Shown: positions 33,155-51,158 of the stretch, in pieces
Layout of the letters: each line of letters starts with the position of its first letter
How positions within the stretch are numbered: the first letter of the stretch is position 1
Assembly (NCBI RefSeq): GCF_009914755.1
Contig: NC_060927.1
DNA length: 64,000 nucleotides
Source of the DNA: the human T2T-CHM13v2.0 reference genome, Homo sapiens
Strand: one strand, 5' to 3'
Program-made: the position numbers and the translations under genes
Notes under the pieces: model-generated
Told to the model about the DNA's origin: nothing
The model's input: the letters and a program-made list of their open reading frames with translations, nothing else
Databases searched by the model: none

Positions 33155-33546
33155 CTACGAGGAGAAAAGGAATCTGTTTTCCCTTTCTTTACGCCAGTCT
33201 CTAAGTTGTATCCCTTATTTTAAGTTCCCTTCCTCCAGGAAGTCTTCTTTGGTTAATTCAGTATTTCATTATCTTTTCCTTTCCTCCCACTTGACCACAG
33301 ATCTTGTTTGGCAGCAAGTCAGGGTGGCCCAGAGCTTGTGAGTGAGGTATCCAGGGAGTAACTGCATCACCTTGACTGCTGGCATCTCTTAAGGTGAGGG
33401 GAGTGCGGCTGTAAAGTAGGTTCTCAATAAGTATTTGTTGGCTGGAGCGAGGATGGGAGGGAGGGGATCCAGGGACAAAGTAAGGATGAGGGGAGAGTGG
33501 ATAGAAAGGTCTGAGAATAGTGTGATAAGGCAGTCTGGATAAGTCA

Positions 33547-33978
<432 letters not shown>

Positions 33979-35896
33979 GAATGAGAGGGAAGGTGAGGGG
34001 AGGACAGAGATGATCACAGGCAGGTGGCAAAGCAAGCATGCGGCAGGAGACATGCCTGGGACACCTCTCATGGCTGTGTGGTCTGAGAGCTTTGAAGAAA
34101 AGACGTTGTCTGCTGCATGATTTCAATTTGTGGTGCTAGGTGAGCCCCTCTCTCGGAGCTCAGTTGTCAGTGCAAACTCCCACATTCATAGATGCTTTGG
34201 GTGTGTGCCCAGAGCAAGTGGCTTTAGGGGAAACAGGACGAGCGGGGTCATGTGTAGACTGACAGGGCATAGAACACAGAACCCTAGAGGCAGAGTCATG
34301 AGGCCCAGAAAACCATGAGCACATGCGGTCTCTGGGAACACCAGGGCTTCCTGCTGAGACTCCGGGATCCCACAGGGTATGAAAAAGGTTTCAAGCTCTG
34401 CCCGGGCCAGATGGTCCAGCTGACAAAGGCCATGCTGAGCATTCCTTCTGTGGGGGCAGATGCGGGGGCGGGCTGATGGAAGGTGGGGATTCCCCTATCC
34501 TACTTGCTCAGTGCCATGGAGAACTCTCCCTAGCTGGGCCAGGTGTGCACCAGTGACCTCTCGGGCAGAGGCCAACCACACAGGCTGTTCTAGAGGATGC
34601 AAACAATTGTCTTCAGGCAGAGGACTGCTGCGATCTATTCTGCTTGGCCCATACATAATTTTAAAAAGAAAAAGGAAAAAAAAATCTCAAATTAATTGGT
34701 ACTGTTTACAAATTAGGCCCTTAATACAGATTCCCAGCTTCTCTTCCCAAGTCAGCACTGGCAAGTCTGGACCTACACTCTCCCGAGGCAACTACTGGCT
34801 GGAGCTGGACAGGCACCACACTGTTCATATGAGAAATGCATTCTGCAGCTTACCCCTGCCATTTCTCACTGTCTAGCTGCATAATTCATGCAGATTGTTT
34901 GGCCACTGAAGGCATCCGAGTTGGTGACTCATCCCAAAAAATCACTCCAACGTAATAAGCCCTCTGTTGCTGTTCTCATGCACAATGTGAAGGCACTTTG
35001 GCACTGTTGGGGTGAGGACACGCTGGGTGGCCCACTGACATGCAAGGAATAAAGACATGGTCCCCTAAGGGAGCAAGGGAGGAGCGACACTGTGGACACG
35101 CAGGGGCTGCCTAGGAGCCTCTGAAGGCTGTTTCTTCAGTCCCTGCAGGCCAGGGCCTGGGGGCTAAACTGGACAAAACATGTTTTGTTCTTCTCCTAAC
35201 TGATCACTTCCATTTACAGAAACTTATCAGACACCAGACACCAAGCTAAGCTTTGGTTAAAAGAGGGGTCATCCACACAAACCCCACAGGGTGTAGGCCT
35301 AGGAGGTAAGTATGTGCAGAGAGCCAGGTGTCAGACAACAGGGAAGGGGGAGATCAAGGCAGCTGGGAAGCACAGTCCTGGATCTGTCTCAGGCACTGCT
35401 GCAGTGCCCAGAGTAGAGACCCGGTATTTGTTACAGTCTTAATTTTTAAGAAGAAGAAATCCAGATTTTTAAGTGTAAATATCTGAGTTCTGATGTCAGC
35501 AATGAATCCAAAAAAGGAAAAAGAAAAGCCACAAGAGCCAGCGCCCCGGTTCTGAAGGCCATGCTCAATTGGCAGGTGCCATCGAGGCCGGAGTTTGACT
35601 CAGTGCCTGCAAAGCCTGGAATTCGGTCCTGTCAGGAGAGCTTATGTCCCAGGGCTGCCTGTGAGGAGCCGGGTCTGAGCTGCTGCGAACAGTGTGTGGG
35701 GCTTCCTCCCCAGGCTTCTTCCATCTGAGAAGACCTGCTCCAGCATCCCTGTAAGGCAGCAGTCTGTCCACGGCTCAGCTGCCCAACTGCCTGTGCGGGG
35801 CTGGTGCTGCCCCTCTGAGGTCTGCTGTTCCAGTCCAACCCAATCCTGTGGGCCTACCCAACCCAGGGACCACATGGGAACCCTTCAAATACGTAC

Positions 35897-35976
35897 CACA
35901 TATGACGGGGGTAAATATCGCCATGCCTTTGTACTGCTGTTTAGAAACGGTTTTGCTCAAGATGAGTCCTCCGAAA
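35897..35976 (-). CDS. SLC41A3: SLC41A3 coding exon (S-FGGLILSKTVSKQQYKGMAIFTPVIC-G)
   Basis: 80 nt; tttccccag acceptor, gtacgt donor; phases consistent. Confidence 0.95.
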
Positions 35977-37133
35977 CTGGGGAAATAGCAGACAGCAGTC
36001 AAGTTATCAGAGTTTACACTTACAATGGCCCTGCAACTCTCCACACAAATCACCCTTTCAGCCCAGCTTCCCATCCTTGGCTGTCACTCTCCTCTCCCCT
36101 ACACAAAATATCTGCTGCGGCCAAACTGGTCTCCCCAGCATCCTTTGCACCCTGCTCATGCTTTTCCATCTCCACTTTGAGCCTCAACCATTGCAGAAGG
36201 CCATCCGAGAACACCCACTTATTGCAAAACTAACAAATGCCTTTTCAAAAGCACACAGCTGGCTGGGCTGTCCCAAGACTCCGGCACCACGACTGAGATG
36301 CTCTTTAGCAGAAAACAGAACCTGCAGGAGGATCACCTCATGCCCACCCCATGTTCTCAGAAAATGTTGCAGCCAGACCTTGCTCCCACTGGCCACTGTA
36401 GTTTAGCAAAAGCTTTCCCACCCCTTGGGACTTCTTAGAGCCCTGGAGAAGCTAGGTCAATCTGTATAAGGAGCCCAGGAGCCTCCTGGAAGCAAGGATA
36501 CCTACTCTATCGCCTCTTCTCCCCAAGACTCAAAGTTAGAAAAACTCATCAGAATGGACAGGGGTGGCCCCCATCAAGGTCAACTCTCAGGAAATGAGCC
36601 TTGAGAGGGAGCTGGAGGGTGGTGGACCTGGGCTCAGCTGAAGGTTCTAAGGCTCTGGAAGGGCGCTAACCCCACAGCTGTCTAGGTCCCACCAGTAGCC
36701 ATGTGTGGCCAGTGACCAGGAGGACGAGTGAGTCAGCAGATGTGGCCTTGAGGCCAAGGTGGGGGACCTGCCACCTAAGCAGGGATCTGGGCCAGCAAAG
36801 CTCTAGTGGCAATGGCCTGAAAGCCGCTGTCTCCCTTGGGGCTCCAGTGCACTCCAGTGCCGGCCCCAGCTTTGGCTCTTCCTGGGTCCCTGGTGCTCTG
36901 GCAAATGTAAACAGGGCAGCCTCTCTTAGAACCAACAAGGCCCAGGGTTCTCAGTGAAAGGGAGAGAAGAAAGGAAAAAAGGTATGATTCAATCAGCAAT
37001 GGGAGTTACTGAAAGAGCCCACAGCTACATTTCACTCCATTCCTGTCCCCCAAGGCAGTGAGTGTCACCCTGGTTCTAGGGGCCTTCATGGCTGAGAGGA
37101 GGAAGAGGGGCCGTGGCCCTGGCTCCTGCTCAC

Positions 37134-37278
37134 CTGCTGATGACCATGGCCAGGATGATTGGGAACCAGCCAAACTTCAGGATCTTCACGATGGGTGGGC
37201 TCTGCTTGGCAATGAGGACCCACACTGGGGTCAGAGCCGCAAAGCTGAGGCAGACCAGCGGCGTCAGATACCGACTAT
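37134..37278 (-). CDS. SLC41A3: SLC41A3 coding exon (D-SRYLTPLVCLSFAALTPVWVLIAKQSPPIVKILKFGWFPIILAMVIS-S)
   Basis: 145 nt; ttctcctttcag acceptor, gtgagc donor; conserved SLC41 GWxPxIxAMxISS motif. Confidence 0.95.
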
Positions 37279-39391
37279 CTGAAAGGAGAACAGGGACACA
37301 CGCAGCTCATGTGGCCAAGGCCAGCACACACAGGCTGGGCCTGGGTTTCACAAATGAGAGGTGGGTGAGGACGCTCCTGTCCTCATCAGTTGAGGGGGAA
37401 CTGCCTTGCCATACTTTTCACAGAACTTTCACCATCCCAAGAAGTAACTGGAAAAGCTCCTCTCTGTCCTCCATTCCTGCCACATTCAACTCCACTTCTC
37501 TGGCAAACTTGCTATTTTCCCCATATAAAGTACCCTGTTCTGCCTCCTCCCACCCTGATGCTACTGTCATAAATAAATAGAAGTACAATGTATGGAATGC
37601 ACCATGAGCCAGCACTATGCTCAGTACTTCGGGTGCACAATCTCATCTCACCTTCTCGACAGCCCCTGCTTAGACAGGCAGCAGGAGGAAGCAGACGTGC
37701 AAAAAAGGGTGGCTGCCTAGACAGCAAGCAGCCCCGTCAGGGCTATGGCCTGGGTCCATGGAATGCCAGGGCCGGCTATGGGATGCCACCCATGGTCCTG
37801 GCTGAGGCCAGTCCCAGGCAACCAAGGGTCACCAGCCGGGTAGCTACTCGTGTCCCCATCTCATCTTCTCCACTGGCGAGAGGCCAGTGAAGACTGGCCA
37901 GGTGCTGGATCAGTCACTGCTGCGGGGGCCCAGGACAAGCCTGACACACTCGGGCATCTCGTGCATTCATTCCTCCCTTTCTGTGTTGTGCTCCGTGTGA
38001 GGGTCCCCCACAAGTGACAGAACAAGACACTGGCTTTCTCTAGAGTGGTCGTCTCACCCTCAGCCCCACCCTCTGGAGGGCAGGCTCACCTGCCAAGGGG
38101 GCCCAACACTCAGGGGTACCCAGGCATGGGTCTGTGTCCCATGTACTCCCTCTCTGGGGGTGTTATCAGGAACATCCGCTCCTTCCTTCTCTGCACTAAA
38201 GGGTTATGGCCCATTCCTCTGCCTCAGGTGCCCCAGACTGGCTACAGACAAGGTACTTTATGGTAGGAGGGCGTGGCCTCTGCAGGAGATATAAGCCAGG
38301 CCCAGCCACCTCTAACCAGGTCTCCCACCCTCTGGGAAACAGCGGCCTGCAGAAGCATCACCTTATACGATGCTTTTGAATCCAGTCTGAGTTTTCAGTT
38401 AGCTACTCACAAGCACCCCCAGGGCCTGCCTCATGCTTTCCCCAGCACACCTCCCCAATATGCAATGCCAATTCCCAACTACACCCAGCAGGTATTACAG
38501 TCAGCTGCTCACACCTCAGCGGGTCAAGATTTATCTAATACAGGCCAGTCCCAGTGACTCCTGAGTGCAACAGAGAGAAGGTCACAGTCTCACTGGAGAG
38601 ACAGATGCCCCAACAGTGATTTTGTGTCTAAATCATAAGTCATGTGGAAATGAGCACACGGTACAGCCTGGGGCAGAGGCAAAGGTTCATGTGATGCCTG
38701 AACTCTCACTTATTTTGCAAATCCAACTCAAATAACCCATATACAAATCTTCTTGTTTTAAGTTTAGTTTAGCTTAAAAGTAAAGTTAGGTCATCTTATT
38801 CTTTCTTACAGATCTCCCTTGCCACTTAAGTAAACTTGGCGAATCTCCCTGGTGATTAAACATCACTGCTGGCAGGCAACACCAGGATGGCAAGAAGACA
38901 GTCCCAAAGCTGGGACAGAAAGGGTCCCAGTGCCCATACCCTCTAAATCACAGCTGTTTATTTGTCTGCTTCAGTTGCCAACAGGTAAAGATGGGATGCT
39001 TTCTCAAATCCCTAGGCCTACATTCCCATGGGGAGTGATAAACTGCAGCTTTGCTGAGGCTCTTCCCTTTGTCTGGGCACTTCTTCAACAACTGTCACTG
39101 CATGCCCACTGCCCTCCAATCCTGTGAGGACACATCAGTGTGGCCGACCAGCCTCAGGCCCCACTCAACCTCCTAGTACATCTCTGCCCTAAAGGTAGAA
39201 GTTAACAACCCATATAAATGCAGGCTTCAGTTGCTTATTCTTCCTAACATGGTTTGGAGAGCTTGAGGCACTTTCCTGAGCACTCCTTGAACTTGTGGAA
39301 TAACCTCAGGCTTTCCCTCTGTAAAAGGATTTTTGACTGTAATACAGCAGGGTCCTTCCTGTGGGAATAATGGCTGATTTGAAGGTCACAG

Positions 39392-43088
<3,697 letters not shown>

Positions 43089-43190
43089 CATGGGCTGGGT
43101 GCAAAAGTACCCACTCAGCCTCAGTGGTGACCTGCTCCAGGGCCCCCCCTCCATGGAGCCTTTGTGTCTATAGAAGAAGACACTCTTTAC

Positions 43191-43337
43191 CTTTGTGTCT
43201 GTAGAAGAAGCTGCTAACCAAAGCCAGAATGGACAGTGTGATGAGGTCTCCCAGGCTGGCTGCAATGGGCGTGGCAATGTTGTCTGGGTTGACCCCGAGC
43301 TTTCGAGCACCAATCACTATACAGACCATCAGCACCC
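43191..43337 (-). CDS. SLC41A3: SLC41A3 coding exon (G-VLMVCIVIGARKLGVNPDNIATPIAASLGDLITLSILALVSSFFYRHK-D)
   Basis: 147 nt; ctctctctgcag acceptor, gtaaag donor; first MgtE-domain motif NPDNIATPIAASLGD. Confidence 0.97.
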
Positions 43338-45914
43338 CTGCAGAGAGAGAGAGGAGAAACAGCAGACTCAAATCCCAGGGAGCCAGATGGCTCTGAGCAG
43401 GCACAGCAGCACAGGGATGGGCGGCACTGAGTAGGGACTGGCAGGTGGCAGGGAGGCTGCTCGTTAACTTGCCTCCCTCCACAAAGGCCTTGACGTGAAG
43501 CCAGGCTGCCCTGACTTTCAGAGCTTCCCACTACACTGGAGGCCTGAGAAGGCTGGGAGAGTTGGACTCCACTTTGTGACCTGTGCACATGATGCTAAGG
43601 AGTGACCCGTGGCTCCCGAGCTCCCAAATCACCAGGAACCACAGAGACAGGCAGCCCACAGCCCCATGCAGCATGAGGGCTGCTCCAAAGATGCTCGGAG
43701 CAATGGAACCCCTCGGGGTGAGCTCATGGCCTCCTGTGTTTACTGGCATCCTCTGAGAAGCAGACATCCAGATGGAAACAGCTAGGTAAGAGATTGATTA
43801 GGGACTAAGCCTGTGAGGGAAGACAGGGAGGGCGGGAGGGAGCTGGGAGCACTGGAGGACATCAACACAGTTAGGGCACAGGGGAGGGGGGCAGCGAAGG
43901 TGGGGTACATCTAAGACTGCACTGCATTTCTAGGTGCGCTCAGCCAGGCTGTCAGATGCATACTCGGAGGGCCCCGTGTCTCCCAGGAACAGTCCTGAAC
44001 TGGGAGCTTAGCGGTGCTGTCCATGGTGCACTGGGAAGCACGTGCAGTGGTGGCGGATTTCTGGGGGCAGCACTGAAGAGGTGAGGCTCACGTTTCCGTG
44101 GCTACCATGCCTCCGAAGTCCTCCTTCCTGTTCAGACTGTTCAGACTGTGCTCTGAAGGGGACTATCACATGTGATCTCCTAGTCCCCATCCACAGCCTA
44201 GGACTTGACTCAACAGACTCTCACTTGGTTCTCTAAGAAGATACTCTGTGTTGTGGCTATTGGCATTTTAACACTTTACCCAGGATCTTGTAACTCTAAA
44301 AATAATTACAATCACCACCTGATGCCATCCTCAAGCTGCCACTACAAGCTGGTTTGTGCCTTGCCTGATCTTGTGAACAAGTCACAGCCCTGTGTCTCCT
44401 TTTGAATGCCAGCTGTAAGTGAATCCGAGTTCGCACGCTGATTCAGTGAGCTGGGGACAATCTTGCAAGGACCATTTAAAGGAACACCAGTGGTTTGGGG
44501 GCACCTATTGAAAACCACTACCCTGAGGCTTCTGTGATAGCCTCTTCAACACTGCCTGGTGAGGTAACCGCAATGCTTCTGAACAGCCATGGACAATACA
44601 GATTTTGCTTGTGTTGCTAAGCTTCATCCGATCTCTGGGCCTCAGTTTTCCCTTCTGTAAAATGGGGAGCTGGGAATGGTGTTCTCTACAAGTCCCTGCA
44701 AAGACAGGGCTGGCCTTCAGGACTGTCAGACTGTGTTGTTTTCAGGAGACTTTATGCTGAGGGTCTCCTGGACTGTTCTTCTCTGGAAAGTCTGGCACAT
44801 TCATCCCGCCCCATCTGTGGACCAGGCTGGGTCATGGCATCCACCATCCGTCCATGCCTGCGCAGGCTGTGACTAGGAGCCAGCCTCAGCCAACACCCTG
44901 AGCAGGGACACGTGGTTTGTAAACCTGCAGCCTGCTTTGGCACAGTCCTCTTCTGGCCTACACCCTCCATGCACTGGCACAGGAATGGGCCTGATTAGCT
45001 GCCTGGTAGGAATGAGAATAGCCCACATGGGTAACCCACAGAGAGCTGAGCCCAGAGGATACTGACTGAGCAAGTAGGTGGGGGAATGGATGTATAAACA
45101 CAGGTTCAATTATGAAGTTATCAACTTTTCCTTCTTTCACTGAACCAAAGCAAGGCACGTGGTCTGGAAGATTCACAAAGACACGTGACCCAGGAGAGAG
45201 CTGGAGGAGAGTCCATTCATTCAGCGAACATCCGCAAGCTGGTTATAAGCCTGGCCCTGGTTTAAGTGATGACAATAACCAAAAGGCTCTGTTCCCATCA
45301 GTGGAAATGCCTGTCGGGTGTGGGGAGAGACAGTACACACATGTGTGAACACACATTTGAGGTGAGGTGAGTAAAACAGGACACTAACGTAAAGCATGGC
45401 TGGAATGGTCACTTTAGTGTTGGTCAGAGGAGGCCTCAGGACAAAAGCGACATGTGGCACTCACTCTAGTGTCCTGTATATTCATAAGCTTATTGTCTGC
45501 CCCTGAGCTAGAATATAAAATCAAAACACATTTTGTTGACAGTATATCCCCAGCACTACACCGTGCCAGGCACACAGCAGACACCCAGCAACAACTGAAT
45601 CACCAATGGACAACCATGCAACGTGGCCAACGTGCGGCAACTGCTTTCCCTGCACATGTGCGAGCCCCAAGGAAGGGGTATGTCTGCCCGCATCTGTCTC
45701 CCGTGTGTTGCAGATACACGTTAAGCACCAGCTGTGTTTGGCATGAGAAAGGAGCAGCAGACAGCAGGTGGGAACTACTGGGTCCCCACTCTTGAGGAGC
45801 TGACATTTTAGCAGGGAGGTGAGGCAGCAAGATGATGCAACAAGACAATCTGAGCTACACAAGCAGAGCCGGGGCCCATGGGAAGGGGAGAGAGGACGTG
45901 GGTGCATGTGGGAG

Positions 45915-46259
45915 TGTGGTGCTGTGCACTCAACACTGCTGTCCCCCTAACCCACATGTTGAAATCCTCACCCACAAGGTGAGGAGGTGGCGCCTTTGGG
46001 AGGTGAGGTCATGAGGATGGGGGCCCCACGAATGAGATGAGGGCCCTTATGAAAGAGGCTCCAAAGAGCTCCCACCTCTCTCCACTGTGTGAGGACAGCG
46101 AGAAGGGCCGACTGCAGCCTCAAAGGGAGCAGCTGTGAGCCCAGCCCCGCAGACGCCCAACCTCGGGCTCCAGCCTGCAGCCCCACGAGGAGTAAATGTC
46201 TGCTGCTGCCAAGCCGCTGACTGGGGGCTCCGTCACAGCAGCCACAGTCTCCTCAGACA
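45915..46259 (+). mobile_element. MLT1A/B-type MaLR LTR
   Basis: TGTCCCCCTAACCCACATGTTGAAATCCTCACC..GCCTTTGGGAGGTGAGGTCATGAGGATGGGG..TGTGAGGACAGC. Confidence 0.7.
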
Positions 46260-46739
46260 GGTTAGAAAGGCCTCTCTGAAGACATGAAAAGGAAGCTCAA
46301 ATCTGTGCCTTACCCTCAGGACACCTGCAGCCTCCAGAGCCCATCACAGGCCTGTGTGTAAGGTCATGCTCAATAAGTGTTTAAAACCAACAGGCTGACT
46401 GCACAGATGAACAAGCCTGCTCTGTGCAGGTGTCAGGCCTCAGCACGGGAGTGTGACCAGCTGAAGAGACCTGCAGAGCAGGGACAGGTCTTTACACAGC
46501 AGAGAGCAGAGGCGAGTGGTGGCAGGAGCGGCACACACCCCTGCCTGGGTGAGGGCACAAGGTGGGCCATGAAGACCCAGCTGGCTCGTCCCACCCTGCC
46601 AGTGAGAACCCTGAGCCCACCATCAGTCCCATTAGCAGTGGGACTCACACCCCCAGAAACTGAAAACACAATGAGCTCTGAGGTGGGACCTCAGAGGAGC
46701 AGGGAGCGGGTGGGGGCTCACAGCTGGGGCATGGCTCAC

Positions 46740-46884
46740 CCAGGGCAAAGGCTGCAAGGAAGGCAGTGAGGACACTGCTGGCACACAGCAACTCCACCTT
46801 GGCGACATCCACTTCCTCTCGAGACACCACGCCCAACAGCAGCGCAGCCACAGCAGCCAAGAGCCCCACGACAGTGGCCTGCAC
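46740..46884 (-). CDS. SLC41A3: SLC41A3 coding exon (VQATVVGLLAAVAALLLGVVSREEVDVAKVELLCASSVLTAFLAAFAL-G)
   Basis: 145 nt; tttctgtccaacag acceptor, gtgagc donor; conserved QVQATVVG motif. Confidence 0.96.
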
Positions 46885-47528
46885 CTGTTGGACAGAAATC
46901 AGAAGCATGAAGGGGGGCCCCGGGGCCACAGCCACACTCCCTGCCCTTCACACCTCACTCACCGCAAGGGGCCGGGTGCCACATGCTACTGCCTTCTTTC
47001 CCTTACCCTAAAATCTCACAGGCCCTCACCCCAGGAAAAACTAATACCACACCCCACACCTGCCTTGAACTCAACTCCTCCGAAACCACGCTGGCCACCT
47101 CTGCTCCCTTGCTAGGCACTGCCTTCAAGAGCAGAATCTATTTCTCCATCATCTGCTCAGGCTTTGGTCAGGGGCCACCTGGTATCTTGCTGGCAACTCC
47201 ACTCTCACTGGTCTGAGCAGAAGTCCTCTGCAACTCCCGGCAGTGCAGACAACACACCTCACTTGCCATGTGGTGTACCCCACGACACAGAGCAGTCACA
47301 CGGGAGGACTTCACACACTTTTGGTCTCTCCTTTGGCACCCTGCTCACACCCTCCCCTTCCAGGCTCTGTTCCCATCTCTGTCCTGCCAAACACACACCA
47401 CAGCCTGCGCCAGGAGCTGCCCTGATCTGGACATCAACACTGGCACCTCTAATCCAAAATGCTGACCTGGAAACGTTATTAAAGAAGGACACAGAAACAA
47501 AGAGCTCCACCATGTAGGGGGAGAAGAG

Positions 47529-49999
47529 TGATATGGTTTGGCTCTGTAGCCCCACCAAGTCACATGTTGAATTATAATCCCCGATGTTGGAGATGGGGCC
47601 TGGTGGGAGGTGATTGGATCACAGGGGCAGTTTCTCATGGTTTAACATCACCGCCACCCCCACCCCCCACCCTGTCCCTTGGTGAAGTCATCGGTGATCA
47701 TGAGTTCTCATGAGTTCTGGTTATTTAAAAGTGTGTGGCACCTCGTTCCTCTCTCTTGCTCCTTCTTTGGCTGTGTGAAGTGCTACTCCCCTTTGCATTC
47801 CCCCCATGCTTGTAAGTTTCCTGGGGCTTTTCCACAAGCTAAGCAGATGCCAGCATCATGCTTCCATGCTGTACAGCCTGTGGAACCGTAAGCCAATTAA
47901 ACCTCTTTTGTTTATAAATTACCCAGTCTCAGATATTTCTTTATAGCACTGTGAGAACAGACTAACACAGAAAAGTGGTACTGAAGAGTGGGGCACTGTT
48001 ATAAAGATACCTGAAAATGTGGAAGCGACCTTGGAGTTAGGTAACGAGCAGAGGGTGGAAGAGTTTGGAGGGCTCAGAAGAAGACAGGAAGATAAGGGAA
48101 TGTTTGGAACTTCCTCAAGACTTGTTAAATGTTTGTGACCAAAATTCTGGTAATAATTTGGACAGTGAAGGCCAGGCTGATGAGGTCTCAGATGGAGATG
48201 AGGATCTTTTCGGAAACTGGAGCAAAGGTTCCTTTTGTTACACTTTAGCAAAGAACTTGGCTGCATTATACCCCTGCCCTAGGGATCTGTGTAACTTTGA
48301 ACTTGAGAATGATGATTTAGGGTATCTGGTGAAAGAAATTTTTAAGCAGCAAAACATTCAAGATGTGAACTGGCTGTTTCTAATAAACTATGCTCATATG
48401 CATGAGCAAAGAAATGATGCAAAACTGGAACTTATATTTAAAGGGGAAGCAGAGAGTGAAAGTTTGGAAAATTTGCAGCCTGGCCATGCGGTAGAAAAGG
48501 CAAACCCACTTTCAGGGGAGAAATTCAATCAGGCTGCAGAAATTTACATAAATAAAAAGGAGCCAAGTGCTAACAGCCAAGACAATAGGAAAAGGCCTAG
48601 AAGACATCTTAGAGACCTTATTGGCAGCCCCTCCCCTCACAGGCCCAGAGGCCTAGGAGGACAGAATGGTTTCATGGGCCAGGTCCAGGGCCCCTGCTGC
48701 CCTGCACAGCCTCAGGACACTCTGTCCCATGTCCAGTCGCTCAAGCTCCAGTCATGGCTCAAAAGGGCCCAGATATAGGTCAGGCTGCTGTTTCAGAGGA
48801 TGCAACGCATAAGCCTTGGTTCCATCCACATGTGTTATGCCTGCGGTTGCACAGAGTGCAAAGTTGAGGCTTCAGAGCCTCCGCCTGGATTTCAGAGGAT
48901 GTATGGAAAAGCCTGGCTATCCAGGCAGAAGCCTGCTGCAGGGGCACAGCCCTCATGGAGACCCTCTACTAGGCAGTGTTGGGGGAAATGTGGGGTTGGA
49001 GCCCCCCACACAGTTCCCACTGGGGCACTGCCTAGTGAAGCTGGGAGAAGAGGGTCCCCATCCTCCAGACCCCAGAATGGTAGCTCCACCAGCATCTTGC
49101 CACCATCAGCCTGGAAAATCTGCAGGCACTGAATACCAGCCCATGAGAGCAGCAGACAGGGCGGAACCCTGCAAAGCCACAGAGGCAGAGCTGCCCAAGG
49201 ACTTGGGAGCCCACCCCTTGCACCAATGTGCCCTAGATGTGAGACATGGAGTTAAAGGAGATTATTTGGGAGCTTTAAAATTTAATGACTGCCCCACTAA
49301 GTTTCAATTCTGCATGACGCCCATAACCCCTTCCTTTGGCTGATTTCTCCCCTTTGAAATGGGAGTATTTACCCAATACCTGTATCCCCCACTGTATCTT
49401 GAAAGTAACTAACTTGTTTTTGATATTATAGGCTCATAGTTAGAAGGCACTTGCCTTGTCTCAGATGAGACTTTGGACTTTTGAGTTAATGCTGGAACGA
49501 GTTAAGACTTTGGGTGACTGTTAGGAAGCCATGATTATATTTTGCAATGTGAGAAAGGCATGAGATTTGGGGGGCCAGGGGTGAAATTATATAGTTTGTA
49601 TTTGTTTCCCCACCAAATCTCATGTCAAATTATAATCCCCAATGTTGGAGGTGGAGCCAGGTGGGAGGTGACTGGATCACAGGGGTGGTTTCTCATGGTG
49701 ACCCCTTGGTGCTGTCATCTACAATGAGTGAGTTCTGCTGAGATCTGGTCCTTTAGAAGTATGTGGCACTCCCCCCCCCCACCACTCTCTTGCTCATTCT
49801 CTGGCCACATGAAGTGCTGGCTTCCCTTCTGTCTCCCACCATAATTGGAAGTTTCCTGAGGACTCCTCAGAAGCCAAGCAGATCCCAGTATCATGCTTCC
49901 TGTACAGCCTGTGGAACCATAAGCCAATTAAACTTCTTTTCTTTATAAATTACCCAGTCTCAGATATTTCTTTATAGCAATGCAAAATGAACTAATACA
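47529..49999 (+). mobile_element. Complete MaLR (MST-type) provirus: LTR 47529-47969, internal region, LTR 49587-49999
   Basis: TGATATGGTTTGG..CTAACACA and ..CTAATACA termini; perfect 5-bp TSD AAGAG (47524-47528 and 50000-50004). Confidence 0.92.
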
Positions 50000-50489
50000 A
50001 AGAGCTAGTTTTTTAAAGCTAAAAATTGCTCCCCAAGTTAATCCATGTAATTCCAGTCAAAGTCCCAACAAGATCTTTCACGGCACTTGACAACTCATTT
50101 TAAATTTCACAAAAATGAGTAACTGTGCAAGAATAGCTAAGACAGCTTTGAGAAAGGTCAAAGAGGGAGTTGTGGCATACTCATGATCAAAGTGTATTTT
50201 AAAGCTGAAGGAATGAAAGCAGTGTGGTCCTGACAGAAACAAATAGATCAGCAGGACAGAACACAGCCCCATAAAAGAACCATGAATATATGAAAATTTA
50301 ATATATAAGAATGTAATCATGAATATATAGCAGGATAAAGGTGGCATTGCAAATCAGGATGGAATGGGTAAATATTAAACAGGGTAAGAAAAACTGGATA
50401 TCTAGGTTTGGGAAAAATACGGGTCCCTACTTCATACCATTCACACACATACCCCTGAACATAAAAACTATTTCAAAAAATAAAATAAA

Positions 50490-50715
50490 TATAATACATA
50501 TGTAATATATATTATACAGAATATATAATTATAATATGTATAATATATATTATATATGTTATTATATTTTAGGAAAATTCTAAATAAAATCTCAATATAT
50601 GTATATTATAAACCTTTTATGTTTAAACAATATATATTAAGTTATATAAAACTTTATAACATATAATATATATGATATATAATATATAATTATATATATA
50701 TTATACATATATACA
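50490..50715. repeat. AT-rich (TA)n-like low-complexity tract within an old L1 fragment
   Basis: ATATATAATTATAATATGTATAATATATAT.. runs. Confidence 0.9.
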
Positions 50716-51011
50716 CAAGTCCATTTATACACTGGACTTCATTATTCTAGATACTAACTAGAAAAATGCACAAGGGTTATGGATAGGCAACTCACAGAAA
50801 AGAAAATACAAAGGGATAACAGACGTGCATAAAGATCAACTTCTCTAGTAGTTAGGAAAATTCTAAATAAAATCTCCATTTGAAGGTATCTTATTCATTA
50901 ACAGCTGATGCTGTTCTTCCTCTTTTAAAAGGTAAGTGTTGTCTTATTTTCTACTGGGGTCTCCTGTTCTGAGCACAGAGCCTGGCACTCTGCAGGTACT
51001 TATACAGGCTC

Positions 51012-51158
51012 AATGGACAGATGGATGAATGACAGATGTGTGGGTGAATAGGTAGGTGGGTGAATGGGTGGGTGGATGGACAAATAAACAGATGGACAAA
51101 TGGATGAGTAGACAGGTAGGTCGGTGGGTGAGTGGCTGGGTTGATGGATGGATGGATG
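51012..51158. repeat. Degenerate (GGAT/GGGT)n tetranucleotide repeat
   Basis: GATGGATGAATG..GGTGGGTGAATGGGTGGGTGGATGG..GATGGATGGATGGATG. Confidence 0.88.

Noticed and set aside
35694-37580. Plus-strand ORFs of 179 and 155 aa overlapping SLC41A3 exons
   Set aside because: Antisense shadows of GC-rich coding and intronic sequence.
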